Source of the DNA: a virus
Virus record (IMG/VR): IMGVR_UViG_3300047470_000212
Coordinates: 1-64,000 of that record
Reading direction: 5' to 3' (one strand)
Length of the DNA stretch: 64,000 bases
The translations under genes and the position numbers were made by a program. Numbering within the stretch: the first letter of the stretch is position 1; each line of letters opens with the position of its first letter. The notes under the pieces were generated by a model that ran no database searches, was not told the DNA's origin, and worked only from the letters and a program-made list of their open reading frames with translations. Shown piece by piece: positions 35,652 through 43,250 of this stretch.

Positions 35652-36359
35652 TCAGGGAGCAACCCTTCCGTTCTTGACGAAGGCTTCGTAGGTGAGCGGG
35701 AAGTGCTCGGCGAAGGCGACTTCCATGTCCAGGGCCACGCGCTCGATCTCCTCCTGCGGGAAGGACTTGAACGCGGAGTCGTCGGTCTTGGTCCGCAGGG
35801 ACAGGAAGTGCATCAGTGAGCGCGGGTTCGCCGTGGCGTAGAAGGAGGTGAAGAGTCCGACCGGCAGGACGTTGCGGGCGACCTCGCGGGCGATACCGGC
35901 TCTGAGCATCTGCTGGTAGTGGCTGTATGCCGCGTTGTAGACCACGCTCATGGAGTGCTCGGCGCTGAGGTACTGCTCGTCGCTGCCCTGGATGAACTCG
36001 TACTCGCCGGGCTTGCCCTGCTGCACCAGCGGGCGGTAGCGGCCGGGGATGTAGAAGACGGGGTCCAGTTCCTTGTATCTGCCCGAAGTTTCGTTGTAAC
36101 TCCAGCCAGCGCGGTGCCTCATGAACTCGCGGGCCACGAAGATCGGCGCCTCGACGAGGAAGGACAGTTGGCCGTGCTCGAACGGGCTGCCGTGCCGGTT
36201 CTTCATCAGGTAGTTGATCAGGCCCCGGGCCTCTCCCGATTCCGCCGCAGCGGAGCCGAGGGTGGAGACGCGGGCCGCCTGGCAGATCTTCGCGTCGCTA
36301 CCGGCCAGGTTCTCCTGGTCGAGCGCGGCGGAGACGGAGGAGCGGAAGGTCACGGGCAT
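35652..36359 (-). CDS. thyX: FAD-dependent thymidylate synthase
   Basis: HGSPFEH, REFMRHRAGWSYNETSGRY (RHRx7S), AREVARNVLP, HFLSLR. Confidence 0.95.
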   Translation of the reverse strand: MPVTFRSSVSAALDQENLAGSDAKICQAARVSTLGSAAAESGEARGLINYLMKNRHGSPFEHGQLSFLVEAPIFVAREFMRHRAGWSYNETSGRYKELDPVFYIPGRYRPLVQQGKPGEYEFIQGSDEQYLSAEHSMSVVYNAAYSHYQQMLRAGIAREVARNVLPVGLFTSFYATANPRSLMHFLSLRTKTDDSAFKSFPQEEIERVALDMEVAFAEHFPLTYEAFVKNGRVAP

Positions 36360-36366
36360 GTGGTGG

Positions 36367-36792
36367 TCAGTCCCCTTCGTAGGACGAGTAAGCGCTGAGT
36401 GGGATTCCGAAGCGGGGGCCGTAGGGGGTCTCAACCGTTCCTCCGGCCGCGAGTGCTTCCTTCTTGGAGATACGAAACACCATCTCGCGATGGTTGTCAA
36501 CGTACTCAATCCAATCCGTTGACAAGCGGATTCCAGGCATCTCGGTGTCGAGGTCGTACAGGACGTAGCCCTCCCACCGGACGGACTGCTCCGAGACGCC
36601 GACGTGCTGGTACAGCCGCAGCATCCAGTCGAACTGCCCGACCTTGTAGAGGTGGTCGCCCTGGCGCACGTAGACCGGATCGCGGTAGTTGGACAGGCAC
36701 GTGCGGGGCGCCCCGGCCCGGAAGGAGTTACGCCACTCCCACGGCGGCCGGGGCTGCTCCACGTGTGTCACCTTGCGGCGTACGCGCCTCAT
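36367..36792 (-). CDS. hypothetical protein
   Basis: 141 aa ORF filling the gap, coupled to the upstream stop. Confidence 0.55.
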   Translation of the reverse strand: MRRVRRKVTHVEQPRPPWEWRNSFRAGAPRTCLSNYRDPVYVRQGDHLYKVGQFDWMLRLYQHVGVSEQSVRWEGYVLYDLDTEMPGIRLSTDWIEYVDNHREMVFRISKKEALAAGGTVETPYGPRFGIPLSAYSSYEGD

Positions 36793-37298
36793 GCGTTCAT
36801 CCGCCCGGCGCGGTTCTCCCGGTCTCCCCGGCCGACCCTGCGCGTCAGTTCACGGCTCAGGAGGGTGTTCTTGCGGTCGGCGGAGTCGTAGACGGCCTGG
36901 AGCATCTTCCGGTAGGCGTAGGCGGCCGTCTTGGCCTCCTGGGCCGCCACGTACTCCGGGTCCTCGTACGCCATCGCCTTGGCCGCCGTCACGGTTTTCT
37001 GGTTGGAGTTCCGGACGGCGGACAGGGCCTTATGCGCTTCGAGTGTGTCGACGGACGACTTTTCGTCCACCTCCGCTGCTGCCAGACGGGCTCCCGTGTA
37101 CTCCACCCACGACGTCGTTCTGGCGAACAGGCTCATCAGGGCGCCGTCGCTTAGTTCGGTGGGATCCTCCGGAAGTTCGGGCACGTCGCCCGGCGGCTTC
37201 GGGGGCAGGTACAGGTCCTCGCGCTCCAGTCTCCTGGTCGCCTTCTGGCTGGGCGTCTGTACCGCTTCCCAGCCCTTCCTCGCTACTGCTCGCGCCAT
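36789..37298 (-). CDS. hypothetical helical protein
   Basis: 169 aa with good codon use; overlaps the tail of the Cas4-like ORF. Confidence 0.6.
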   Translation of the reverse strand: MARAVARKGWEAVQTPSQKATRRLEREDLYLPPKPPGDVPELPEDPTELSDGALMSLFARTTSWVEYTGARLAAAEVDEKSSVDTLEAHKALSAVRNSNQKTVTAAKAMAYEDPEYVAAQEAKTAAYAYRKMLQAVYDSADRKNTLLSRELTRRVGRGDRENRAGRMNA

Positions 37299-38232
37299 CG
37301 GTGGCGGTCTCCCAACAGGTCGAAAAGAACGGACAGTCCTTGCAGGTCTTCTTGTCGACCCCGCAGAACTCCGGCCGTGGTGGTGGCTTGCCCTTCTTGA
37401 GGGCGTACTTGACGTCCAGAGCGGACTCGAACAGCGGCTCGGCGATCTCCGGGTTGTACTTGACGACGAACTCCTTGTGCGCCTGCGTCGCCTTGTACTC
37501 GTAGAGGAAGATCACCTTGTCGAAGGGCAGACCCATCTCCTTGCACAGCCGGAGGTAGATCTGGGTCTGGCGGATGTGGCTGCCGAAGGGGCGCCGGAGC
37601 GACTTCCACAGACCGTCGGTGTCGATGACGGTCTTGCCGTCCTCGGTCTTCACGGTGAACTGCCGCAGCAGCTCGGGCTGGTCGAACCGAACGGTGCCGT
37701 TACCGATGGACTTGATCTCCACCAGGGCGTTCAGGTCCTCGATGGCGCCGTCCTCGTGCCCGGCTATCAGGAACTCCGACTCCGCCTCGACGGGCACCTC
37801 GCGGTACTCCAGGGGCTGGCGGGCCTCGCAGTTCTGGCAGTGCAGAATGCCGCCCGTGGCCGTTTCCGACCAGCCGCACTCAGCGCAGCGCCACTTGCCC
37901 CAGAGCCGCCCCATCTGCTGGAGCCACTTCTGCCACTTCGCGTGGATGGCATGGCCCTCTTCGAAGACGGTCTCCAGTTGCGCGGAGAAGTTCCGGCTCT
38001 TCTCGGGGGAAGCCCCCGCCAGCCTGTAGTAGGTCTGACGGGGGCACCAGTCGCTCTTGGCCATCTCCGACGGGTGGATGATGTCCTGCCGCCGGTCGGT
38101 CGGCTTGTCGTGCTCCTCCAGGAGGTGCCGGTGGATGTCGCCGAGCAGGACGTTCTTACTCTTCTTCGTCTCCGCCAGCGACGCGATCCGGCCAGACGGC
38201 TTCAAGGGTTTCCTTGCTCGGGGCACTCTCAA
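37030..38232 (-). CDS. Cas4-like / PD-(D/E)xK exonuclease
   Basis: HPSEM...WCPR, GHEDG...VEIKS, QTQIY, CKDCPFFSTC. Confidence 0.8.
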   Translation of the reverse strand: MRVPRARKPLKPSGRIASLAETKKSKNVLLGDIHRHLLEEHDKPTDRRQDIIHPSEMAKSDWCPRQTYYRLAGASPEKSRNFSAQLETVFEEGHAIHAKWQKWLQQMGRLWGKWRCAECGWSETATGGILHCQNCEARQPLEYREVPVEAESEFLIAGHEDGAIEDLNALVEIKSIGNGTVRFDQPELLRQFTVKTEDGKTVIDTDGLWKSLRRPFGSHIRQTQIYLRLCKEMGLPFDKVIFLYEYKATQAHKEFVVKYNPEIAEPLFESALDVKYALKKGKPPPRPEFCGVDKKTCKDCPFFSTCWETATDGASSSEEGLGSGTDAQPEGDQETGARGPVPAPEAAGRRARTSGGSHRTKRRRPDEPVRQNDVVGGVHGSPSGSSGGGRKVVRRHTRSA

Positions 38233-38530
38233 AACTCCACTCGGTCTTGGGCACGAACCTCCGTATGTAGGCCCGCTCCAGGACGTTCAGCCCGCCCCAG
38301 ATTCCGTAGTGCTCGTTGTTGACGAGCGCGAATTCGAGACACTGTTCTCGGAGCGGACAGACCGTTCCGGTATAGGTGCCGTTGCAGATGTGCTTGGCCT
38401 GGGATTCGCTGCCGGTGCCATCTCCGAAGAAGTCGTCGTGCTCCCTCGTGGGCCGGAACTTCCGACAGGCGGCCTCCTTGTCGGGATTGCCACCGCCGTC
38501 CCATTCCGGGGCATTGATGCGAAGGTGCAT
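38156..38530 (-). CDS. WhiB-family transcription factor
   Basis: AAC...FFG...AKHIC...CPLREQCLEFAL...GIWGG. Confidence 0.9.
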   Translation of the reverse strand: MHLRINAPEWDGGGNPDKEAACRKFRPTREHDDFFGDGTGSESQAKHICNGTYTGTVCPLREQCLEFALVNNEHYGIWGGLNVLERAYIRRFVPKTEWSFESAPSKETLEAVWPDRVAGGDEEE

Positions 38531-38874
38531 TACCAAGGCAGAATCTCCTCCGCATCCATTTCCGGATGCGCCAAAGTATGAAGCGACAGGAAAGTCTCTT
38601 CCGACATCGTGATCCAGTTCCTTCCGCTGGCCATCTGAGTGCCGAAGAGCATTTCCCTGCCGTCGAGGAGGGCCTGCTTCTCTGCGGTGATCAGTTCCTT
38701 GTCCTTGAGCGAATACGACACCTTGCTGGTGACCTTGTATTCGATCGAGTAGTCCGTGGTGCGGACGTCGTTCTTCCGGACCCACCCATTCCCGCTACCT
38801 GCATTTACCGTCCCGCCGAGGAGTTCCGCCCCCCGCCTCTCCTGCTTCTGGCTCTTCTTCAACATGTCCGCCAT
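38530..38874 (-). CDS. Holliday junction resolvase-like PD-(D/E)xK nuclease
   Basis: QE...GSG...KNDVR...IEYK. Confidence 0.6.
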   Translation of the reverse strand: MADMLKKSQKQERRGAELLGGTVNAGSGNGWVRKNDVRTTDYSIEYKVTSKVSYSLKDKELITAEKQALLDGREMLFGTQMASGRNWITMSEETFLSLHTLAHPEMDAEEILPW

Positions 38875-39007
38875 AAGAGACCTCCAGAAGCGTGGCGAGG
38901 AGATTGAACTTCTCGTGGGCCCGGCCCTGGCGCCGGGAGTACCGGACGCCAAGGACCAGGATGTAAATGGCTGCTAGACCCAGCAGCACGGAGAGCATGG
39001 CCACCAT
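38795..39007 (-). CDS. small membrane protein
   Basis: ATG overlaps the recA stop; N-terminal TM. Confidence 0.4.
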   Translation of the reverse strand: MVAMLSVLLGLAAIYILVLGVRYSRRQGRAHEKFNLLATLLEVSYGGHVEEEPEAGEAGGGTPRRDGKCR

Positions 39008-40194
39008 CAGGCGGCCTCGGTATGAAGCCCGTCGGTCTCTTCGGGCTTGGGCCGTCGGCTGACCTTCTTGGTTCCTGCGGTCTGGGCGGCGTCGAGGTCG
39101 TCCTCGGAGATGCTTCGCTCGTCGGCGTGCGTGGACGCGGCCAGGACCTGCTCGTAGAGGTCTTCCTGAAGAGTCAGGTCCTGGCGGAGCCGGTCGAGCA
39201 TGGGCTCCTTGCCCTGCCAGCGCAGAACCGGCTTTCCCTTCTCGTCGAATTCCCCGTTGTCGATCTCGAAGTAGGCGCCCTTGCGCTTGATCACGTCGAA
39301 GAGAATGCCCATGATCATGATTTCCTTGACGGTGTCGAAGTCACCGCGAGCGAAATTCAGGAACGGGGCGGAGCGGAAGTAGGCGTCGATCGTTGCGACC
39401 TGCTGCGGGGCGGCCGACTTGTTCTTGATGGTCTTTACCTTGATGACCTGGCCGACATTTACCTTGCCCTTTCCGGGCCGGGCTTCCTGAATCCACTCGT
39501 CGCGCCGGACTTCCACCCGGGTGTAGAAAGCGTAATTCTTGGCGTTTCCACCGGGAGTCGTGGTCGGCGTACCGTGCGGGGAGAACTTACCGATCGCGTC
39601 GCGGTACTGGTTGATGACGATTCCGAGCAGCGGTCGGTCGTCGGGGTCGGTCATGGACCGCTTGGTCGCGGCGCCGGACTTGCGGAAGAACTTGCCGGTG
39701 AGGCGGGCGCCGAGCGCCATGGTCGCCTCGTCCATGTCCTTCTCGGATTCCTCGTCCGGAATGAGGGCCGGGTAGGAGTCGAGCACGATCATGTCGACCG
39801 AGCGGGACGTCGCGAAGTCGAGCATGGTCTGGTAGGCGAATTCCATGGCCTGGGTCGGGACCACGATGACGCGGTCGTTGTCGACGCCCAGCGCCTCGGC
39901 CTGGTCGGTGTCGTAGTGCTCTGCGGCGATCCACAGGCAGGTGAAGTTCGGGTCCTTCTTCTGGTTGGCGGCCAGCGTCTTGTAGACGATGAACGTCTTG
40001 CCGTGGGACTCGCGGCCGATGACCTCGACCCACTGGTTGCCCGGCCAGCCGCCACCGAGGGCGATGTCCAGGGAGAGGGAGCCGGAGGTGAACCGCTTGG
40101 CCACCTTCATCTCGGAGGCGAAGCAGACGGCGCCTGCACCGTGCTCCTTGTTGACCTTGGCGATGAGAGCGAGGGCGTCCTTGTTGATGCTCAA
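39007..40194 (-). CDS. recA: RecA-like recombinase
   Basis: SGSLSLDIALGGG, GRESHGKT Walker A, IVLDS Walker B, INQYR, TTPGGNAKNY. Confidence 0.95.
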   Translation of the reverse strand: MSINKDALALIAKVNKEHGAGAVCFASEMKVAKRFTSGSLSLDIALGGGWPGNQWVEVIGRESHGKTFIVYKTLAANQKKDPNFTCLWIAAEHYDTDQAEALGVDNDRVIVVPTQAMEFAYQTMLDFATSRSVDMIVLDSYPALIPDEESEKDMDEATMALGARLTGKFFRKSGAATKRSMTDPDDRPLLGIVINQYRDAIGKFSPHGTPTTTPGGNAKNYAFYTRVEVRRDEWIQEARPGKGKVNVGQVIKVKTIKNKSAAPQQVATIDAYFRSAPFLNFARGDFDTVKEIMIMGILFDVIKRKGAYFEIDNGEFDEKGKPVLRWQGKEPMLDRLRQDLTLQEDLYEQVLAASTHADERSISEDDLDAAQTAGTKKVSRRPKPEETDGLHTEAA

Positions 40195-40223
40195 CAGGGG
40201 CCCCCGTAGGTATGAAGTCGCAT
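40191..40223 (-). CDS. putative 10-aa leader ORF MRLHTYGGPC, coupled to recA
   Basis: AGGAG RBS before ATG; TGA overlaps the recA TTG (TTGA); contains CTT-CAT-ACC in frame. Confidence 0.5.
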   Translation of the reverse strand: MRLHTYGGPC

Positions 40224-40352
40224 GTGGTGTTACTCCTGATCCGATAACGGCAATGCCGTAACGAAGAACCGGTAGTCCCTATACCGTAATGGTGAAGGAA
40301 CTACCGGTCCACTCATGTATCAACTAGTCAGAGCAAGATCTTTTGGGAAGTT

Positions 40353-42311
40353 TCAGGTGGTCACGAGGTCGACGACCTCACACGCCCCTGCGACGCACGC
40401 CAGTTCCTGGGAGCCCACGGTCTGGTCGTAGGTCTCGTAGAAAGCGAGGTCCGACCACTCAACGCGGTGCTCCTCAGTGGCCTGCGCCTCGTACTCCTCC
40501 TTCGTGATCTCCGTGTACGGCGCCTGCACGTACGTGTGATCGCTGTAGGGGAGGAAGGAGACACCACTGATCTCGTCCAGGTGCTCCCAGACCCACTCGC
40601 CGACCTCGGCCCACTCGTGCTCACGGACGCTGATGGTCACCGAAGGCTTGTGCTCACACCAGTGCCGCTGATAGGCCAGCCAGATCTCCAGGTGCTCGAT
40701 CGCGGAGACGTCCTCCCGCACCAGGGCCGTGTCGCTGGCCCGCTGGGGGAAGGTGAACACCCACGCGGAGGAGTTGTAGGCGTCCTCCTCGTGCGGGATC
40801 CCGGCGTCGATCATCACGAACGCGATGGGGTCCTTCTTGTCCACGCGCACACGCCGCTCGTAGAAGCGGGCGTGCTTGGTATGAAGCCCGGACTCGCAGT
40901 CGACCAACTGGGAGACGGTGCCGGAGGGCTTGACGCAGGTGATCGCATCCGAGGACGGGATACCGATGCGCTGGGCCTCGGTCTCGTTGGCGACGCGTGC
41001 CGTCAGGCGAAGGTCGGTCAGCGAGAGGGACGTCAGTCCCATGCCCAGGCTGCCATTGGTGAACTGGTTGCCGAAGACACCGGTGAGGCTGACGCCGAGG
41101 AGTCGCTCCTCCTCCGCGTTCTTGCGCCACTCCTCACGCAGGTACGGGTAGTCCGTCAGCGTGCTCTGCCAGGTGCCGAGGATGGCCGCCAGGCGTACCT
41201 TGCGCTCCAGGTCCTCGACGGTGTCCTCCGGCCGGACGACGACCTCGGACAAGTTGCAGAAACTGAACGGCCGCAAAATGATCTCGCTGCACGGGTTGGT
41301 CCCGTAGTCGGTGTCGGCCGACCGGTGCCCGTACTCAGCGGCCTGACGCTGGGCTGCACCACGGTGGAAGATGCCGCGCTCACCCGAGCCGGACGCGACG
41401 ATCGAGTCCCACTCCTGGTTGAAGTCCTCGTAGCGCATGCCGTCGTAGTAGACCGCACTGTTGTTGGCGAGGGCTCGGTAGGCGTGATCGACCCACCACT
41501 CCCCTGCCTTCGCCTGCGCCATCTCCTGGTCGTCCAGGTCGGACAGGGAGATCATCGCCGAGCGCCGGACGCCACCGACCACAACGACGCTGGCTATCTT
41601 GCACGCCAGGTCGTGGACCTCGATCGGACGGAACTGGCGGCCCTTGGCGCCGTGGAACAGCGCGGTGGTGAAGTTGAACAGGTCGTCGAGCGGACCCGGT
41701 CCGGAGGCTCGCCCTCCGAAGGTATGAAGACGGGCGCCCGCCGGTCGCACCTTGGACAGGTCCCACTGCCGTACTTCACCGGCCCACAGACCCTCCAGCA
41801 GCGAGCGGAAGGCCAGTCCCCAACCTTCCTTGCTGTCCTCGACCACGATCACGTCGGAGGCAGCCACCAGGGCGTCGGGGACGGCGGGGAGTTGGTCGGT
41901 GTACTTCTTCTCGACGCTGTAACCGACGCCAGTGCCGTTCATGAGGATGTAGAGGAGTTCGTCCAGGGCGCGGGCGTCCTGCAACGGCAGGTACGAACAG
42001 TTGAAGCCCGCGATATTCGAGCGGTCCAGGGCAGCACCGGCAGTCATCACCGCGCGCATGGACGGCATGACCTCGTGGGTTAGCACGGCCTGGCGGACGG
42101 CCTCGACGACCTCCGGCTCGGGGGTGTAGTCGTGCTTGTTCTTCAACTGGCCGATCATGAAGCCGACGTAGCGGTCCACGGTCTCGGTCCAGGTCTCGCG
42201 GCGATTCGCGTCCTCCAGCCAGCGGCTGTATCGGCTCTTCGCGATGAAGGAGCGGTAAGGGTCGGCGATGTCGCCGGAAGGGGTGAGCAGGGAGGTCACC
42301 AGGAAATCCAT
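40353..42311 (-). CDS. nrdJ: class II (adenosylcobalamin-dependent) ribonucleotide reductase
   Basis: MPSMRA, FNCSY, VVVGGVRRSA, GTNPCSEI, CNLSEV, TCVKPSGTVS, WCEHKPS, C-terminal CVAGAC. Confidence 0.92.
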   Translation of the reverse strand: MDFLVTSLLTPSGDIADPYRSFIAKSRYSRWLEDANRRETWTETVDRYVGFMIGQLKNKHDYTPEPEVVEAVRQAVLTHEVMPSMRAVMTAGAALDRSNIAGFNCSYLPLQDARALDELLYILMNGTGVGYSVEKKYTDQLPAVPDALVAASDVIVVEDSKEGWGLAFRSLLEGLWAGEVRQWDLSKVRPAGARLHTFGGRASGPGPLDDLFNFTTALFHGAKGRQFRPIEVHDLACKIASVVVVGGVRRSAMISLSDLDDQEMAQAKAGEWWVDHAYRALANNSAVYYDGMRYEDFNQEWDSIVASGSGERGIFHRGAAQRQAAEYGHRSADTDYGTNPCSEIILRPFSFCNLSEVVVRPEDTVEDLERKVRLAAILGTWQSTLTDYPYLREEWRKNAEEERLLGVSLTGVFGNQFTNGSLGMGLTSLSLTDLRLTARVANETEAQRIGIPSSDAITCVKPSGTVSQLVDCESGLHTKHARFYERRVRVDKKDPIAFVMIDAGIPHEEDAYNSSAWVFTFPQRASDTALVREDVSAIEHLEIWLAYQRHWCEHKPSVTISVREHEWAEVGEWVWEHLDEISGVSFLPYSDHTYVQAPYTEITKEEYEAQATEEHRVEWSDLAFYETYDQTVGSQELACVAGACEVVDLVTT

Positions 42312-42334
42312 TCGCTTGCGTTCGGTAAGGGGGG

Positions 42335-42787
42335 TCAGACGGTGCCGTCAGCCCGGATGATCGTGCTCGGCTTGTAGTTGCTCCGGCCGCCCGCTCCCCC
42401 GCTGGCCGTCTGCTTGGACGGGGTCGCAGGGCCGTCGCTGGTGCTGCCGGACGGCAGTCCTGCGGTGGTCTGCGTGAAGCGGGGGTTGTAGCCGCACGTG
42501 TAGCACTGGGGCATCGCGTTGGGGTGGCCGACGGGCTTGAAGTACTCGCCGCCCTGGCAGTCGGGGCAGTGGGTGTCCTGCTTGGTGACCATCGCCCTGG
42601 CCGGGGGCTTGCCTTGGGGCTGCTCTGGCACTGTCTGCGGAGCCGGTGCCGGGGTGGGGTAGGGCTGCTGTCCCGATGCCCACCACGGGCCGCTGGACTG
42701 CTGCTGCTGTGGGGCCTGTGCGGCCGGGGCCGGGGCGGCCGGACGTGCAGCCGCCCCTCCCAACTTGTTAGCCCAGAAGTTACTCAC
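42335..42787 (-). CDS. hypothetical Zn-ribbon protein
   Basis: CPDC...CYTCG, Pro/Gln-rich N-terminus. Confidence 0.6.
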   Translation of the reverse strand: MSNFWANKLGGAAARPAAPAPAAQAPQQQQSSGPWWASGQQPYPTPAPAPQTVPEQPQGKPPARAMVTKQDTHCPDCQGGEYFKPVGHPNAMPQCYTCGYNPRFTQTTAGLPSGSTSDGPATPSKQTASGGAGGRSNYKPSTIIRADGTV

Positions 42788-43250
42788 CGAATTGCACTCC
42801 GTCCGCGTACGTGATGATTCCCATGTCGAGCAGGTTGGCGAGGACTGCCACCATTCCGGCACGCAGTACAGAGGAATGATGCCGCTGTAGAGCGACGGCC
42901 GTTTCCTCGTCCGCTGAAATGCCAGAGTTAACCAGCATAGCCGAGGCAGTAATGCCGGAAACTAGTGGACCGAGGAGGTCCAGCATTTCCTTGAGGGGAA
43001 GGACCTGCGCGAGCCTTTCGTGGCTGGCCCGGTGCTCCATTTCGCTGACGTCCGGGCTCTCCGGGCTCAGTTTCATGAGCGGGATCATCTTCTCCACGTC
43101 CGAGCACGGGATGATGTCCCAGAGCAGGCGCTTGGTGAGCATCTGCGGAGTGAAGAGGTCGACCTGCGGCTCTTCTTCCTCGAAGTCCTCGTAGTCCTCG
43201 TAGTCCTCGTAGTCCCCGAAGTCCCTGTTCTTACGGTTGAAGAATCCCAT
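42780..43250 (-). CDS. hypothetical protein
   Basis: 156 aa; acidic DYEDYEDYED repeat; coupled to the polymerase stop. Confidence 0.65.
   Translation of the reverse strand: MGFFNRKNRDFGDYEDYEDYEDFEEEEPQVDLFTPQMLTKRLLWDIIPCSDVEKMIPLMKLSPESPDVSEMEHRASHERLAQVLPLKEMLDLLGPLVSGITASAMLVNSGISADEETAVALQRHHSSVLRAGMVAVLANLLDMGIITYADGVQFGE

Noticed and set aside
37030-38232. Cas4-like gene as evidence of a CRISPR-Cas system
   Set aside because: No array or other cas genes are present; stand-alone Cas4-like nucleases are common phage recombination enzymes.
43181-43215. 9-bp tandem repeat encoding DYEDYEDYED
   Set aside because: An ordinary low-complexity coding repeat with no sign of further function.
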